A DNA stretch of 63,499 nucleotides, counting the filler, from Octopus bimaculoides (Eukaryota), in NCBI RefSeq assembly GCF_001194135.2. It is 4 parts of 3 records of this genome, joined end to end, with 100 filler letters (N's around TTAATTAATTAA, not from the genome) between each part and the next. Parts side by side here need not be neighbours in the genome. Positions count along the whole stretch, not along the records: positions 10,320 to 35,238 come from NC_068988.1; positions 35,339 to 58,272 come from NC_068988.1; 2 more parts are not named here. The stretch is one strand, 5' to 3'. Numbering within the stretch: position 1 is the first letter of the stretch; the number at the start of each line of letters is the position of its first letter. Of this stretch, positions 26,278-39,129 are shown piece by piece. The position numbers and the translations under genes were made by a program. Below the pieces are notes generated by a model. The model made no database searches. It had not been told where the DNA came from and saw nothing but the letters and a program-made list of their open reading frames with translations.

Positions 26278-27436
26278 ATATTCACCTTTCATACTTCGTG
26301 ACGTTATGTTTTATATACACACATATAGTCATACCCTGCATTACAGCTACCTCAGGTTATGTGATTTCACACACACATGTATTAGATATATATCTGTATA
26401 TATGTGTATGTGCATTTGGGTGTACCTTTGTCTTGTGATGGTTGTAAATGTACATCACAGTGACACAAGTGAGGTTCATTTGCAGTCTTCTGTGATAAAC
26501 ATGTCTAGCTATGAGAGAAGATGATCTTGCTTGAAAATAGGTGAGGCTTGGTGACAGAAAGGGCATCTGGAACACAGCGTATAATTTAACCCTCACTCAA
26601 ACTCAGATATATTTTAAGAATCAAAAAAAAAAAAATCTACACGTTCTGCTCATCCTAAAGGCTGCTTCTTTGTTTTTTAAACTAAGGTCAAAGTAATAAA
26701 CAATCAGAAAAAAATAATCATGATACATAGATATGCGCACATGTGCATGTATGTGTGCATGTGCATGCAAAGTGCCAGAGTATATGTCACAACAAGCACT
26801 TATGGAATCATCATCATCTAACATCCACTTTCCATGTTGGCATGGATTGGATGGTTTGACAGGTGCTGGCTGTGCAGAATGCAAGCACCAAGCTTCAGTG
26901 TCTGTTTTGGCATGGTTTTTTACAGCTGGATGCCCTTCCTAACACCAACCACCCTGCAAAGTGGAATGTGAGGTGCGATTTTTCACTAGAGCTGTGGGGT
27001 TTCTTTAGTCCCATTCATAACAAGGTTATCTTTCTAGTGCTGGCATCCTGAAAAATATAACTAGTACGCTCAGTAAAGTGTGAGATTATGAGGACATAAC
27101 AGTGCTCTGGAGCCAGGAAAAATACCCACTGCATTGTGTAAAGTAATTAGGAGAGACATCCAGCAGAAGAAAGAAAACCGAGGTTCCCTAAAATGTCTAG
27201 GTAAGTAGTTCCTTTGAATATGTGTTGATTCTGACTGACAATCCATCATATGTGTTAATTCTGAATGACAATCCATCAGTGTGGAAAGTAGGAATAAAAT
27301 AATAGTAATGATGATAGGTACCAAAGAAATAATGATATATGGTTATATGAATATAATTAGAGTATTTCTCTGGTGCAGAACTCAACATATAAAAGAACAA
27401 CAAACCGCTTGTAAAGAAAGGATGAGACAAACAAAC

Positions 27437-27543
27437 CTGTTGAAATCAGAAACATATTTGTGAATACAGGAAAACGCTTGGTAGAATCGGGTTACAATCT
27501 CGATGTGGTTTTCTTTGAATTCATCATCCAAATCTTGAAGGTC
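27437..27543 (-). CDS. WASHC5: WASHC5 / strumpellin second coding exon (107 nt, phase 0 to phase 2)
   Basis: Acceptor ttttttaag|GAC, donor AACAG|gtttgt. Translation [36 protein letters not shown] matches recalled human [36 protein letters not shown] and continues in frame from 30263. Confidence 0.95.
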
Positions 27544-27618
27544 CTTAAAAAATGAGAGCAAAAAAATAAATAATCAGATTGAAATAGAAACAGACAACTG
27601 TAATTGGGAACAATAGAG

Positions 27619-27675
<57 letters not shown>

Positions 27676-27695
27676 TTGAGTGTGTGGGGATAGGT

Positions 27696-27737
<42 letters not shown>

Positions 27738-27747
27738 TGAGGTGTGT

Positions 27748-27875
27748 ACCAACCACATGGTTCCGGGTTCAGTCCCACTGCGTGGCATCTTGGGCAAGTG
27801 TCTTCTACTATAGCTTCGGGCCGACCAAAGCCTTGTGAGTAGATTTGGTAGACGGAAACTGAAAGAAGCCCGTCG

Positions 27876-27908
<33 letters not shown>

Positions 27909-28122
27909 TTGTGTGTCTGTGTTTGTCCTCCCCACTCAACATCGCTTGACAACCGATGCTGGTGTGTTTATGTCCCCGTCACTTAGCGGTTTGGCAAAAG
28001 AGACCGATAGGATAAGTACTAGGCTTACAAAGAATAAGTCCCGGGGTCAATATGCTCGACTAAAGGCGGTGCTCCAGCATGGCCGCAGTCAAATGACTGA
28101 AACAAGTAAAAGAGTAAAAGAG
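27748..28122 (+). mobile_element. SINE family B, intronic and antisense to WASHC5
   Basis: Near-identical to 29396-29800 and 52877-53343. Confidence 0.9.
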
Positions 28123-28742
28123 TATACAAAGATGTGCACGTGAATAAACTTGCACTTGTGGATGTATGTGTCACAACAGAACAGAAACACACACATGCAC
28201 AAACATGTCATTGAATTAAAAATCTAAACACATTTTTTCTAAGCTACTGATGTGTAGAAAGAAGAGAGTGCGACCATTTCTCGGTTTGTTGACTGTTTCT
28301 CAGAGAAGACGTTCCCTGCTTCCTTTCCGGACCATCAACATAAGGCATTCAGCTGCTAAATAAAATTAGTCATAAATTAGGTTCTGCTATTAGTGGATAG
28401 CCTAATTTGCATAGCTGTGCATTTGATAGCTATTCATTAATTAAACACTATTAATTTTTGCTTTTTTCCTGGAATCCTTTGCCAATCAACAGTATAGAAT
28501 ATTCAACTGTAATATAAAGTGGCCATAAATTAGACTAGATATTGATAGCCTAATTTGCATATTTGTGCATTTAATAGCTCAGCTCAATATTAATTAATAT
28601 GTATGTTATGCACATCATAGTGTAATTCATAGGAACTGAAAATAAATATAAATATTACAAAACTTTGCTTTGGATGAACTAAGAATGCAAACACGTTCAT
28701 TCAATGCTACTGATGTGAGGAAAAAAAAAAATAGGGAGGCAG

Positions 28743-28790
28743 TCTTCTGACAGACTGTTTCCTGGTTTGTCGGGCGCTCATCAGAGAAAA
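28743..28790 (-). ncRNA. Minimal type I hammerhead-like motif in a WASHC5 intron
   Basis: Minus strand TTTTCT-CTGATGA-gcgcccgacaaaccag-GAAAC-AGTCT-GTC-AGAAGA: 6-bp stem I with one G-U, intact core and GUC, near-palindromic stem III; stem II poorly paired. Confidence 0.55.
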
Positions 28791-28924
28791 TATATCCAGT
28801 TTCCTTCTTAATCACTTCTGGTTTATGCTGTGTTGTGCATAAAAATAAATATTGTTTAATGATGACCTTTCAAATGCACACATTAAATAGGCTGTCCACT
28901 AGTGTGCCAGTCTAATTTATGACT

Positions 28925-28956
<32 letters not shown>

Positions 28957-29395
28957 NNNNNNNNNNNNNNNNNNNNNNNNNNNNNNNNNNNNNNNNNNNN
29001 NNNNNNNNNNNNNNNNNNNNNNNNNNNNNNNNNNNNNNNNNNNNNNNNNNNNNNNNCTAAGCATTTCGCCTGGCGTGCTAACGTTTCTGCCAGCTCACCA
29101 CCTTGACTGTCCTACTATAATAATTACAACACAAACATACAGATATTTTAGTATACATATCATTCTTTAGGAGTTGACAATCATAAACAAGTATACACAT
29201 GTTAGCACAAGTATACAATAAATATATGTTAGCACACATATATTTATTGATAGCTAAATGATGATGATGATGATGAAGTCATGTTAAGTACAACAGAAAT
29301 ACACATGGTAGTACACATATTTATTAAAGGTGGACAGTCAAGTTGAATATCATAGAAACACATATGTTAGTAAGTGTATGTATATTAATAGTCAA

Positions 29396-29800
29396 CGTAG
29401 GAGTGACTGTGTGGTAAGTAGCTTGCTTACCAGCCACATGGTCCCAGGTTCAGTCCCACTGCGTGGCATCTTGGGCAAGTGTCTTCTACTATAGCCTCGG
29501 GCCAACCAAAGCCTTGTGAGTGGATTTGGTAGGCGGAAACTGAAAGAAGCCTGTCGTATATATGTATATATATATGTATGTGTGTATGTGTTTGTATGTC
29601 TGTGTTTGTTTCCCCAACATCGCTTGACAACCGATGCTGGTGTGTTTATGTCCCCGTAACTTAGCGGTTCGGCAAAAGAGACCGATAGAATAAGTACTAG
29701 GCTTCCAAAGAATAAGTCTTGGGGTTGATTTGCTTGGCTAAAGGCGGTGCTCCAGCATGGCCACAGTCAAAAGACTGAAATAAGTAAAAGAGTAAAAGAG
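29396..29800 (+). mobile_element. Full-length SINE family B, intronic
   Basis: gtaggagtgactgtgtggtaagtagcttgc...taagtaaaagagtaaaagag. Confidence 0.9.
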
Positions 29801-30262
29801 TCATGTTAAACATAAGTATACACTTGTTAGTACACATAGTTTCTCACGGTATCCACTGCAATAAAGTTTGTTTTAACGGAACATCCAAGTTTCAGTGGGA
29901 ATAAATATTACCTCTTGGTTTTCATACTGCTTCTGAAACTACTATATAGCTATATTAATAGTCAAAGATCATGTTCAACTGTTTTTCTTTCATTCACCAC
30001 TGTTACCAGCACTACATACTACATATAACACCATCAGCAGAGCCACCACCACCACAACCACCACCACTATAATCACTGCTACTGCCAACACTGTCTACCC
30101 CCACCATCTGTTAAAGCCATAAAGCTAATTTAATCCTTAAATAATTTCTTTTTAATCCGTTCACCACTTAACCTTTTCGAAGGTTTCACTTTAAATCTCT
30201 GAAAGCAAAAAGCAAAAAGAAAAAAAAAACAAAAAAAAAACATCTATAATGAAAGAACTTAC

Positions 30263-30487
30263 AGGTCGGCTGTCAATTTTGCTGTCAAACTGTTCAGTGT
30301 TCTTGAAGTAACTGAAGTCACAGAGGATCTCACCATATTTCGCCTGGTCCTGACGGTTATCTTGGCGGAACACAGGCGGAACATAGTCCGACAGTCGAAG
30401 CAGCTCAGCTATAATAGCATTACCTCTCGATGTCAGGTGAATCAGGTTTTGCCCACACTGGTTATTTTCAGCTAGAAATTCTGTCAT
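30263..30487 (-). CDS. WASHC5: WASHC5 / strumpellin first coding exon (75 codons)
   Basis: [75 protein letters not shown] matches the recalled human N-terminus [37 protein letters not shown]; donor CCT|gtaagt at 30262. A polypyrimidine tract plus AG at 30545-30544 suggests a 56-nt 5' UTR part and an upstream non-coding exon. Confidence 0.97.
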
Positions 30488-31214
30488 GTTAAGGCTCTGG
30501 TATCAATATAACAACCAGGGGCTGAAAGACTTTCTAAGGGGAGCTGGAAAGACAGAAAAAAGAATAGAAAAATATTTAAAAGGCAAGAAAAAGAAATAAA
30601 TAGTCTTAGTCTTCAAACATAATTTCAATACATCTACATAATTTTAATTACATCTACAATGTACAATAATAATATTTGATCAAAAGACTGCAAGCTAGCA
30701 GAATTGTTAATTGCATCAGACACAATACATATGTGCACCTCTGTTTTGATTTTCATGTTTACAATTTTTACCAATATAGATCACATATTTGCATGTGTGC
30801 ACACGCACACATACACACACACACACACAGACGCACACACAGACACACAGACACACAAGACAAATTTCTTTCAGCTTTTGTCTGCTAAACTCACTTTCAA
30901 GGCTTGGCTTTGGTTGGCCTGGGGTTACAGTAAAAGACATTTGCTCGAGGTGTTGCATAGTGGGACTGAACCCACATATTGCTATGTGAACTTCTTTTAC
31001 CACACAACCTTTCCCTTGTGAACAGTTTCCCTTTTAACAGCTAGGTGTACCAAAGTGTTAAAACTTAACGAGTTAATCAGAACGTGAAACCCCATATCCC
31101 CCCCCCNNNNNNNNNNACCATGTTCTGTTAAGTTTTAGTAGCCTAGTGCACGAAAATCTTATGTTGTGCCACTTGTATATATGACACTGAATACATAATC
31201 ATTTCTGATTTTGG

Positions 31215-31405
31215 CACAAGGCCAGCAATTTTGGGGAGACGGACAAGCTCATTACATTAACCCCAGTGCTCAACTGGTACTTACTTTATCAACCCTGAAA
31301 GGACGAAGGCAAAACTGACCTCAGTGGAAGTTGCTCAAAACATAAAGAGGCCGTAGATATGCTGTTAAGCATTTTGTCTGACAAGCTAATGATTCCGCTG
31401 GCTCA
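31215..31405 (-). mobile_element. Decayed SINE, family A
   Basis: ttggcacaaggccagc...cccagtgctcaactggtacttactttatc...gaaaggacgaaggcaaaactgacctcag. Confidence 0.75.
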
Positions 31406-32282
31406 CCCACCCTAAACACCAGAATTACTAAATACTGCATAATTTAAATAAACATTTCATGTTCACAATGATTATTGCGAACATAAAATTGCATAGAGAT
31501 CATAAAACGTGTGCATGGGCACAGAAACTCAGTGTAGAGGGAAATTCATTTCATCAACCACACCTTTACTCTTGTTCACCACTCACCAAATTCACCTCTA
31601 CCCCATCATCTTATGCTCTTCTCATATGCTGCTAAAATTGTCTGCTTTCTCCTCCCCCTTCCTGATCCACCATCCTTATCACCTCTTATGCCCACATTCT
31701 TGTACCTTGAGTATTTGCTCTGGCATTCCATCACTGCTATCTTCATCCTCTTTCCAGCTGTTCAAACCCATGCTTATGATAATGCAGGGTAGCCATGTAT
31801 CAACACCCTAGTATAAAACCACTTAAATGCAAGGGTCTTTTCCTTTTCTTTTGGTCTGCAAGTTACTTGATGACTTCACTCGTGCTGGTGGAACACAAAA
31901 AAGAAAACAACAGCTAGTACATACTGTGAAATGGTTGACATTAAGAATGCTGTCCAGCCACAGAATGCTGTCCAGCCATAGAAACCATGTTGAATCTGAT
32001 TTTGGAGCTTGATGCAGTCTTACAACTCACAGGACCCCGTCAAGCCATCTAACTCATCCCAAACTGCTCCACTACTGAATCAGTACTTTACCCATGGAAA
32101 TAGTTATTTATATTCCTTTACTGTTTTTGAGTTGTTGGACAGTGGTCATGCAACATTTGGATCAATTCATGATAAAAGGGCTATGTCCTCTTGAAGAGCT
32201 AATGCGAGTTAATGCATTTTCTGTTACAGATATAAATATTAAATTATTTACGCTGATAATATCACTGTTATTTATGCATATC

Positions 32283-32328
<46 letters not shown>

Positions 32329-33814
32329 TTCTGTACAGGTTCTGTCTACTAAATTTCACTTACAAGGCACTGGTTAACTTAAGGCTGTATTAAAGAACAC
32401 TTGTCTGAGCTACCATGTATTAAAATTATAGTCAAAACCACAAGACTGTGAAGCAAACAATTAACCATATTGCCATACATGTGAACCACATGTGTATGTG
32501 TGTGAGAATGTGTGTATGTATGTGTATACAAGAGTGAGTCAGAAAATAATGCAATCTTTATTTGCAATACTTCCTGCCTCACTCGTGTGTATACAAATAT
32601 ACACAAACAGGTATGTATGTATGTTATTGAATTGGTTCACGAGTTAATAGTTGATAATTAAAGAAAATTTCTAAATAAGTTCCAAAATACTCGGAAATCA
32701 CACACACACACACGCACACACACGCACAAATATATAAATATATCAACAATAAAATAACAAAAAGAAACAAGAGTATGATGTGTGTGTATGTGGGGAGGAT
32801 GCCTCACACAAAATCCACAAAACAACACACATCTGTTTATGCATTAATTTGGGATATGGAATTATTAATGTAGTAGGATGCATATATATATATATATATA
32901 TACATACATTTTAATCTATTTATGTATTTATTTTTCTTTGTATTAACGTTTACTTTGAAGTGTTAAAAGATAAAATAATAAAACAATAAATATGCACAAT
33001 AAACAATCTTATATAAATATATATATATATGAATAATAATAAAAAAGCTTCCTGCAAACATTTAAATACCTCGCATATTTCATTTCTAGAATATGCAAAT
33101 TATTTTTCCTTCTGTGTTTTTTTAATTTTTTTTTTTTTAGTTTTTAAATAAATTCACGTTCATGCTCTGTCTTCCCTTCTTTCTCACTCGCACTTTTCTT
33201 TCTTTCTGACATTGATAATATAATAAGCGATCAAAGAGATAAAAGTGCGAGTGTGTATGTGTGTGTTAGGCAAAGAAAAGCAACAGAAATAAAAAAATAA
33301 AAAAACTACAAACAAAACACAGAAAAGGAATCAGAAAAATAATGCCAACACCATGCAAACAAGTGTTGATTGATTACCACTTTTGAAATGGAAATCACAG
33401 AAGGGGAGCAAATTATCATTAAGTCAAGTATATATCTTGGGAATCAAGAAGATGGAAATGCCACATGGTGGAGAAGAAGTGGTTGCGGAGGAGTGGAAGG
33501 TACAGGTAAATTAAAAAAAAAAAAAAATTTAAATTGAGAACAACTAGATGATGATGATGGTGAACACGATGATGTGGTGATGATGATTATAACAACAAAC
33601 AGGGCCAAAGCAAACAAAATAGGATGAAATAAACTTAGAGGAAAAAAAAAAAAAACCAAACCAAACAAACAACATTTTATTAAATAAACAGATGTGCACA
33701 CATGAGCGCACAGCATTATATATGAGAGAGAAAAAAAATCCACATTATATATACAGCATTATTTCTCTCACTCTCTTTCTAAATATACATACATTTATAA
33801 GCACTGTCTCTTTC

Positions 33815-33893
<79 letters not shown>

Positions 33894-34554
33894 AATAATT
33901 TCATTATGCATATATAAACAGCTATGTGTGTGTGTGCGTGTGTAGGGAGAGATAAATAGACAAATAAATAGGTAGAGATAGATATACACACACAAATCAA
34001 TGTACACTATATCATGTCATCATCATCATCATCAATTTAGCAGCAGCTTTTCCTATGCTGGCACGCACACACACACACACACAGACACCCACATGTAATC
34101 TGAAGCAATCTAAGAAATTTTTATAACCATTTTTAGTATTAATTTTTATAAATATTTTTATAATCTCAAAAATAACGATATACTGTTAATTTGATATAGT
34201 GAACTCTTGTAAATACTGATAGAAATAATATTAACAATAATTTAATGATATATTTCTTTTTATATAATCAGATAACAAAAAATACTTCACCATGATATAT
34301 TTATACAGAATTACTTTTATATTTTATTTTAGTTAATTTAGTGAATTTTGCAATACATAAAATTGAGATTTTTAAAATCAGTCTCATTGATTTACATGTA
34401 AATTATCACTGGATTTCAATATTTTCATTATTATAGTAATGATTTATAATAGTAAATATCATTTTAGTAATGATTTATAATAGTAATTCTTTCTTATATA
34501 TGAAGAGAAAATTATGTGGTTAAGTGTACTGTTTTTATTTCCTTATAGAAATAG

Positions 34555-34770
34555 ATGTGGTTGTGTGGTAAGAAGTTTGCTTCCCAACCATATGGTTTCG
34601 AGTTCATTCCTATTGTATGGCACCTTGGGTAGATGTTTACTACTAGAGCCCTGGGCTGAACAAAGTCTTGAGAGTGGATTTTGTAGATGAAAACTGAATG
34701 AAACCTGCCAGATGTGCGCATGTGTTTTTGTCCCCAAACACTGCTTGACAACCGGTATTGGTGTGTTTAT
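34555..34770 (+). mobile_element. Decayed SINE, family B
   Basis: gtggttgtgtggtaagaagtttgcttcccaaccatatgg...caccttgggtagatg...ctgcttgacaaccggtattggtgtgttt, same orientation as 12806-13179. Confidence 0.75.
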
Positions 34771-34911
34771 AAGTTAGCAATGCCAAAAGCAAGTCAGACG
34801 ACTGATAATGAATAATGCGCAAGACTGTTGATTTATAAGGATGGATTTATCAATGGTTCATCATTCTGTGGTTACTACTAACTAGCATTTCTAGTGCGCA
34901 CACACACACGT

Positions 34912-34943
<32 letters not shown>

Positions 34944-34983
34944 GTATATATATACATATATATATATATATATACATATATAT

Positions 34984-35238
34984 ATCATCATCATCATCAT
35001 CATCATCGTTTAACGTCCGCTTTCCATGCTAGCATGGGTTGGACGATTTGACTGAGGACTGGTGAAACCGGATGGCAACACCAGGCTCAAATCTAATTTG
35101 GCAGAGTTTCTACAGCTGGATGCCCTTCCTAACACCAACCACTCAGAGAGTGTAGTGGGTGCTTTTACGTGTCACCCGCACGAAAACGGCCACGCTCGAA
35201 ATGGTGTCTTTTATGTGCCACCCGCACAAGAGCCAGTC
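34984..35238 (-). mobile_element. RTE LINE 3' UTR with (GAT)n tail, adjoining (TA)n
   Basis: (CAT)n then cgtttaacgtccgctttccatgctagc...; the last 51 nt overlap in consensus with 10320-10370, which leads into the RTE ORF. Confidence 0.8.
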
Positions 35239-35338
35239 NNNNNNNNNNNNNNNNNNNNNNNNNNNNNNNNNNNNNNNNNNNNTTAATTAATTAANNNNNN
35301 NNNNNNNNNNNNNNNNNNNNNNNNNNNNNNNNNNNNNN
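35239..35338. other. Artificial join spacer N44-TTAATTAATTAA-N44
   Basis: Direct count of N runs. Confidence 0.95.
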
Positions 35339-35509
35339 GTATTCCACTCGCAAAGTCTCATTTTCTCTTTATGTTTTCATATCTAGTTTTAATTCAATAT
35401 TTGAAAAGCCGACAGTTTATTCTATTAATGTATACGTAATGTAAAAACATTATTTTATTGAATGACAAAATTAAAAAAATGCCTGTATAAGTTTTTTGTA
35501 AAACAAATT

Positions 35510-35800
35510 TTAAATGATTTCGTTGTTGTGGCCTTTTGGAACGCTACAAGCCTCACACCAACAACTATCCCGACCGATTTTGGTCATTTTCCATTTTAAC
35601 TTAAAGAACATGGGAGGGGCTTTTTCACTAAAAAAAAAAAAAACCCAAAACAAAACCAAATTGTAAATATTTTCAAAGTAAAAGGTGAACAACTCAAGGA
35701 AGTAATAAACGCGCGGTCTATTGGTGGAAGAAAAACAAAAAAATAAATTGTAATCTAAATTTTTAATCCCACTTGAATTAAGCGAAGCCGTATGTATGTG
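35510..35800 (-). promoter_or_regulatory. Candidate promoter, possibly of WASHC5
   Basis: CpG-retaining unique sequence upstream of WASHC5; CCAAT (minus strand) in gcgcggtctattgg; separated from the gene by an artificial join. Confidence 0.25.
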
Positions 35801-37019
35801 GAACAAAGAACATTTTCTAAATTAACAGTATTCTATTAAAATCAATTATCCTTTACAGAACTCTTTTTTAAAATCAACAACAATTGCAGCGTGGAAGGTG
35901 CTTGTAAGCCATTGATGAATATACAAAGACTGTTGGTTTTACTTCAAGATTTAAATTTCATTTGTATCAAAATACTTTCAACGCTTTGAAAGTGCGACCT
36001 GTTCACGGAGAAAACTTCGTGCTGGATCACGTTTGTAGTAAGTACCTTCAAATCGATCATAAATAAGTAACGTAAGATAATATAGCAAAGATAATGTCAA
36101 CGTTAGTTATAGCTCTACAATAAATATTACTAAGATTAACTGACAAAACCACACACGCAGAAACACCGAAACGCAGAAACGCACATGCATTAGCACGTAT
36201 ATACACAATCTGAACGCCTTCTGACTGAGACACGACGTCAATCGTTGATATTGTTCATGTATTTTGAATTAATGTCTTCACGTAGTGGAAACACGAAGAA
36301 TAAATTGGGTAGATGATTGCCATATTCGAGATGATTGGGAAAACTGCAATATACGACGACGATGATAATTACGAAGATGGTGATGACTATGATGATGATC
36401 ATCATCGTAAATAGATAGCTAGCTAGCTACCAAGACAGATAGAAAGATGGATTTTTGATATATGAATGTGGAAATTACTATTAATCCGTAGATATACATA
36501 CCCACAAATACACGCAACATACACACACACACACACATACATATATATTTACACCATTATTTGCATACCATCATCCACTCACCCACACATTACAGACGCA
36601 CATGCGCACACATCCACACGTCAAAGTCACTAGCCTCTATCCACACACACACACTTACACATTCTCACATATACACAGACACGCGCGCGCCTTCGTTTTG
36701 AAATCACCAATACTTTATAATCTCCCCTTCTATCTTCCTCTCCTGTCAAAACATTTTTTCCCAACCAGCCGCCCTTGTTGATCACTAAATACACAAGTTT
36801 TTCTTTTATTCTCCCTTTTTATAAACATAAATATAAATATATGTATATATATTTGTGTATATACATATATATATATATGTGTGTGTGTAGAAGATATGTA
36901 TATCTATATATATAGACATACACACATATATGTATATATATGTATGTCTATATATATAAGCAATGTTAATTCTCTAAATGAAGTATTAACAGTAACTGCA
37001 CGATAAAGTGTAGTATATT

Positions 37020-37204
37020 GCCACTTAAGTGTGGCTGACCCCTAGGGGTGGATGTTACTGTTGCTTTTAGCCCCAGGAGGACATCTCCTCCAGCTGGCTT
37101 ATCGACACACGACTGTGTCCTGTTTGCCAAGGGTAGTTATCCCTCTCACCAACATCTGCAGCACGAACGGATCCGGATTTCAGGGTTATTTCCCTCCTGG
37201 GGCT
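37020..37204. repeat. Highly structured GC-rich repeat fragment
   Basis: 12-bp perfect inverted repeat agccccaggagg / cctcctggggct plus several local hairpins; ends at a gap. Confidence 0.5.
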
Positions 37205-37540
37205 NNNNNNNNNNNNNNNNNNNNNNNNNNNNNNNNNNNNNNNNNNNNNNNNNNNNNNNNNNNNNNNNNNNNNNNNNNNNNNNNNNNNNNNNNNNNNNNN
37301 NNNNNNNNNNNNNNNNNNNNNNNNNNNNNNNNNNNNNNNNNNNNNNNNNNNNNNNNNNNNNNNNNNNNNNNNNNNNNNNNNNNNNNNNNNNNNNNNNNNN
37401 NNNNNNNNNNNNNNNNNNNNNNNNNNNNNNNNNNNNNNNNNNNNNNNNNNNNNNNNNNNNNNNNNNNNNNNNNNNNNNNNNNNNNNNNNNNNNNNNNNNN
37501 NNNNNNNNNNNNNNNNNNNNNNNNNNNNNNNNNNNNNNNN

Positions 37541-37576
<36 letters not shown>

Positions 37577-38076
37577 TTTATACTAGTGGTACGCGCACAC
37601 AAACTTGCATACATACCTACTTCAGTGACGTCATAGATAGTTGATTTGAAAACGTTTGTAGTTTGAGAGAGTAATACAAGGCAATATACTTGAATATGTT
37701 TGAAATAGCTGTACACTTTGTTTAACCGTGGATGGATTATGATTGAGTTAAACAACTAGGACCTAAGTTGTTCCATACATGACTATACATTCGCTTACGT
37801 GCGTAGGGTACACAATAAAATACTGTATCATTTCTTCATATTAAATGGTACGACGCAATTTCAGGCTATCAAGTCTGCCATATCTAGCATCTCCTTAGAG
37901 CATGTAGTAGGCTCCCCTTCTCGTTCGTCTACAATAGCAACGGTGGTCAAATATGCGTAAATAGAACAATTAATAAAAATAATTGTATATATATATATAT
38001 CATTAGAAGTCATAAATTTTAGGTTACGTAAGTATATATAAGTATAAGCACACATATTGTACACAATCATTCATCG

Positions 38077-38126
<50 letters not shown>

Positions 38127-38243
38127 GCGCACACACATTTATAAATGGGATTGAATGCAAATGTATGTATATAGAAATCCATGTATATATATGTGTGTGC
38201 ACATATGTATGTGCATGCACATAGATGCATATCATGATCTGCT

Positions 38244-38581
38244 GAGACCCCCTTCACTAATGACTGACCATGGGATTGCACCTAGAAAGTTACCCTCTCA
38301 GGCACATGCCCGGGCAAGGTTGTTTATGGAAGACCAGTAGTCGCCCATTCATACGGGCCTCCCCTCTCCACGCCACCAGTGTTATCCAAGGGAAAGAGAA
38401 AGGGGCCGATAAAGATTGGCACCTGTGACGTCACAACTCATTCCTACAGCTGAGTGAACTGGAGCAGCGTGAAATAAAGTGTCTTGCTCAAGAACACAAC
38501 ACGCAGCCCGGTCCGGGATTCGAACTCACAACCTCACGATCGTAAGCTCGAAGCTCTAGCCACTGAGCCATGCGCCTTCAC
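38244..38581 (-). mobile_element. Full-length SINE family D (CpG-intact)
   Basis: Head gtgaaggcgcatggctcagtggctag, B box gttcgaatcccg, CORE-like ttcttgagcaagacactttatttcacgctgctccagttcactcagctgtag. Confidence 0.9.
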
Positions 38582-39129
38582 ATATCATACACATATACAT
38601 ATACATACATATATATGTATGTATATATACGTATATGTGTGTGTGTGTTGTATTTCGTGTCTATACATACATGTAGATACAAACCTATTCACATACACAT
38701 ACGCGCACACACACACATAACACGCACGTACGTATTGTTCAATTGATTGTTGAACTTAAATGGAGGACACGCCGTAGGAGCTGTAAAACTGTGTGTTATG
38801 TAGCGGCATACATCGTTGTGTGTGCTGTATGTAGAGTAAAATGGTATGGCACGGTGATATGAAACATTAGTCTGTACAGTTACATATTGTGGTTGGATGT
38901 GATGTGGAGGAGCATGGCGGGGTACGGTATGCGGTATGGTACGGTGTGGGCGAGTGACGGGGGAAAATGAAAGCATGAAAATAGTGAAGGAAAAAAAAGC
39001 AGAAATGAAAAGCATAATCTTCACAAATTAACTAGGTTATTAAAGAATAGAATATAGCATTGAAGATGAAAAAGTAGCAATACTGAATTGTTCAGTTTTT
39101 CGTTTCATTTAGAGATGCTAAGTTCTGTC

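Noticed and set aside
30191-30262. C-terminal extension [10 protein letters not shown]... of the WASHC5 ORF
   Set aside because: Read-through into the intron past the gtaagt donor
10320-35238. Idea that this block is a circular or permuted contig because its two ends overlap in RTE sequence
   Set aside because: The overlapping ~51 nt differ at several positions, so they are different copies at which assembly broke
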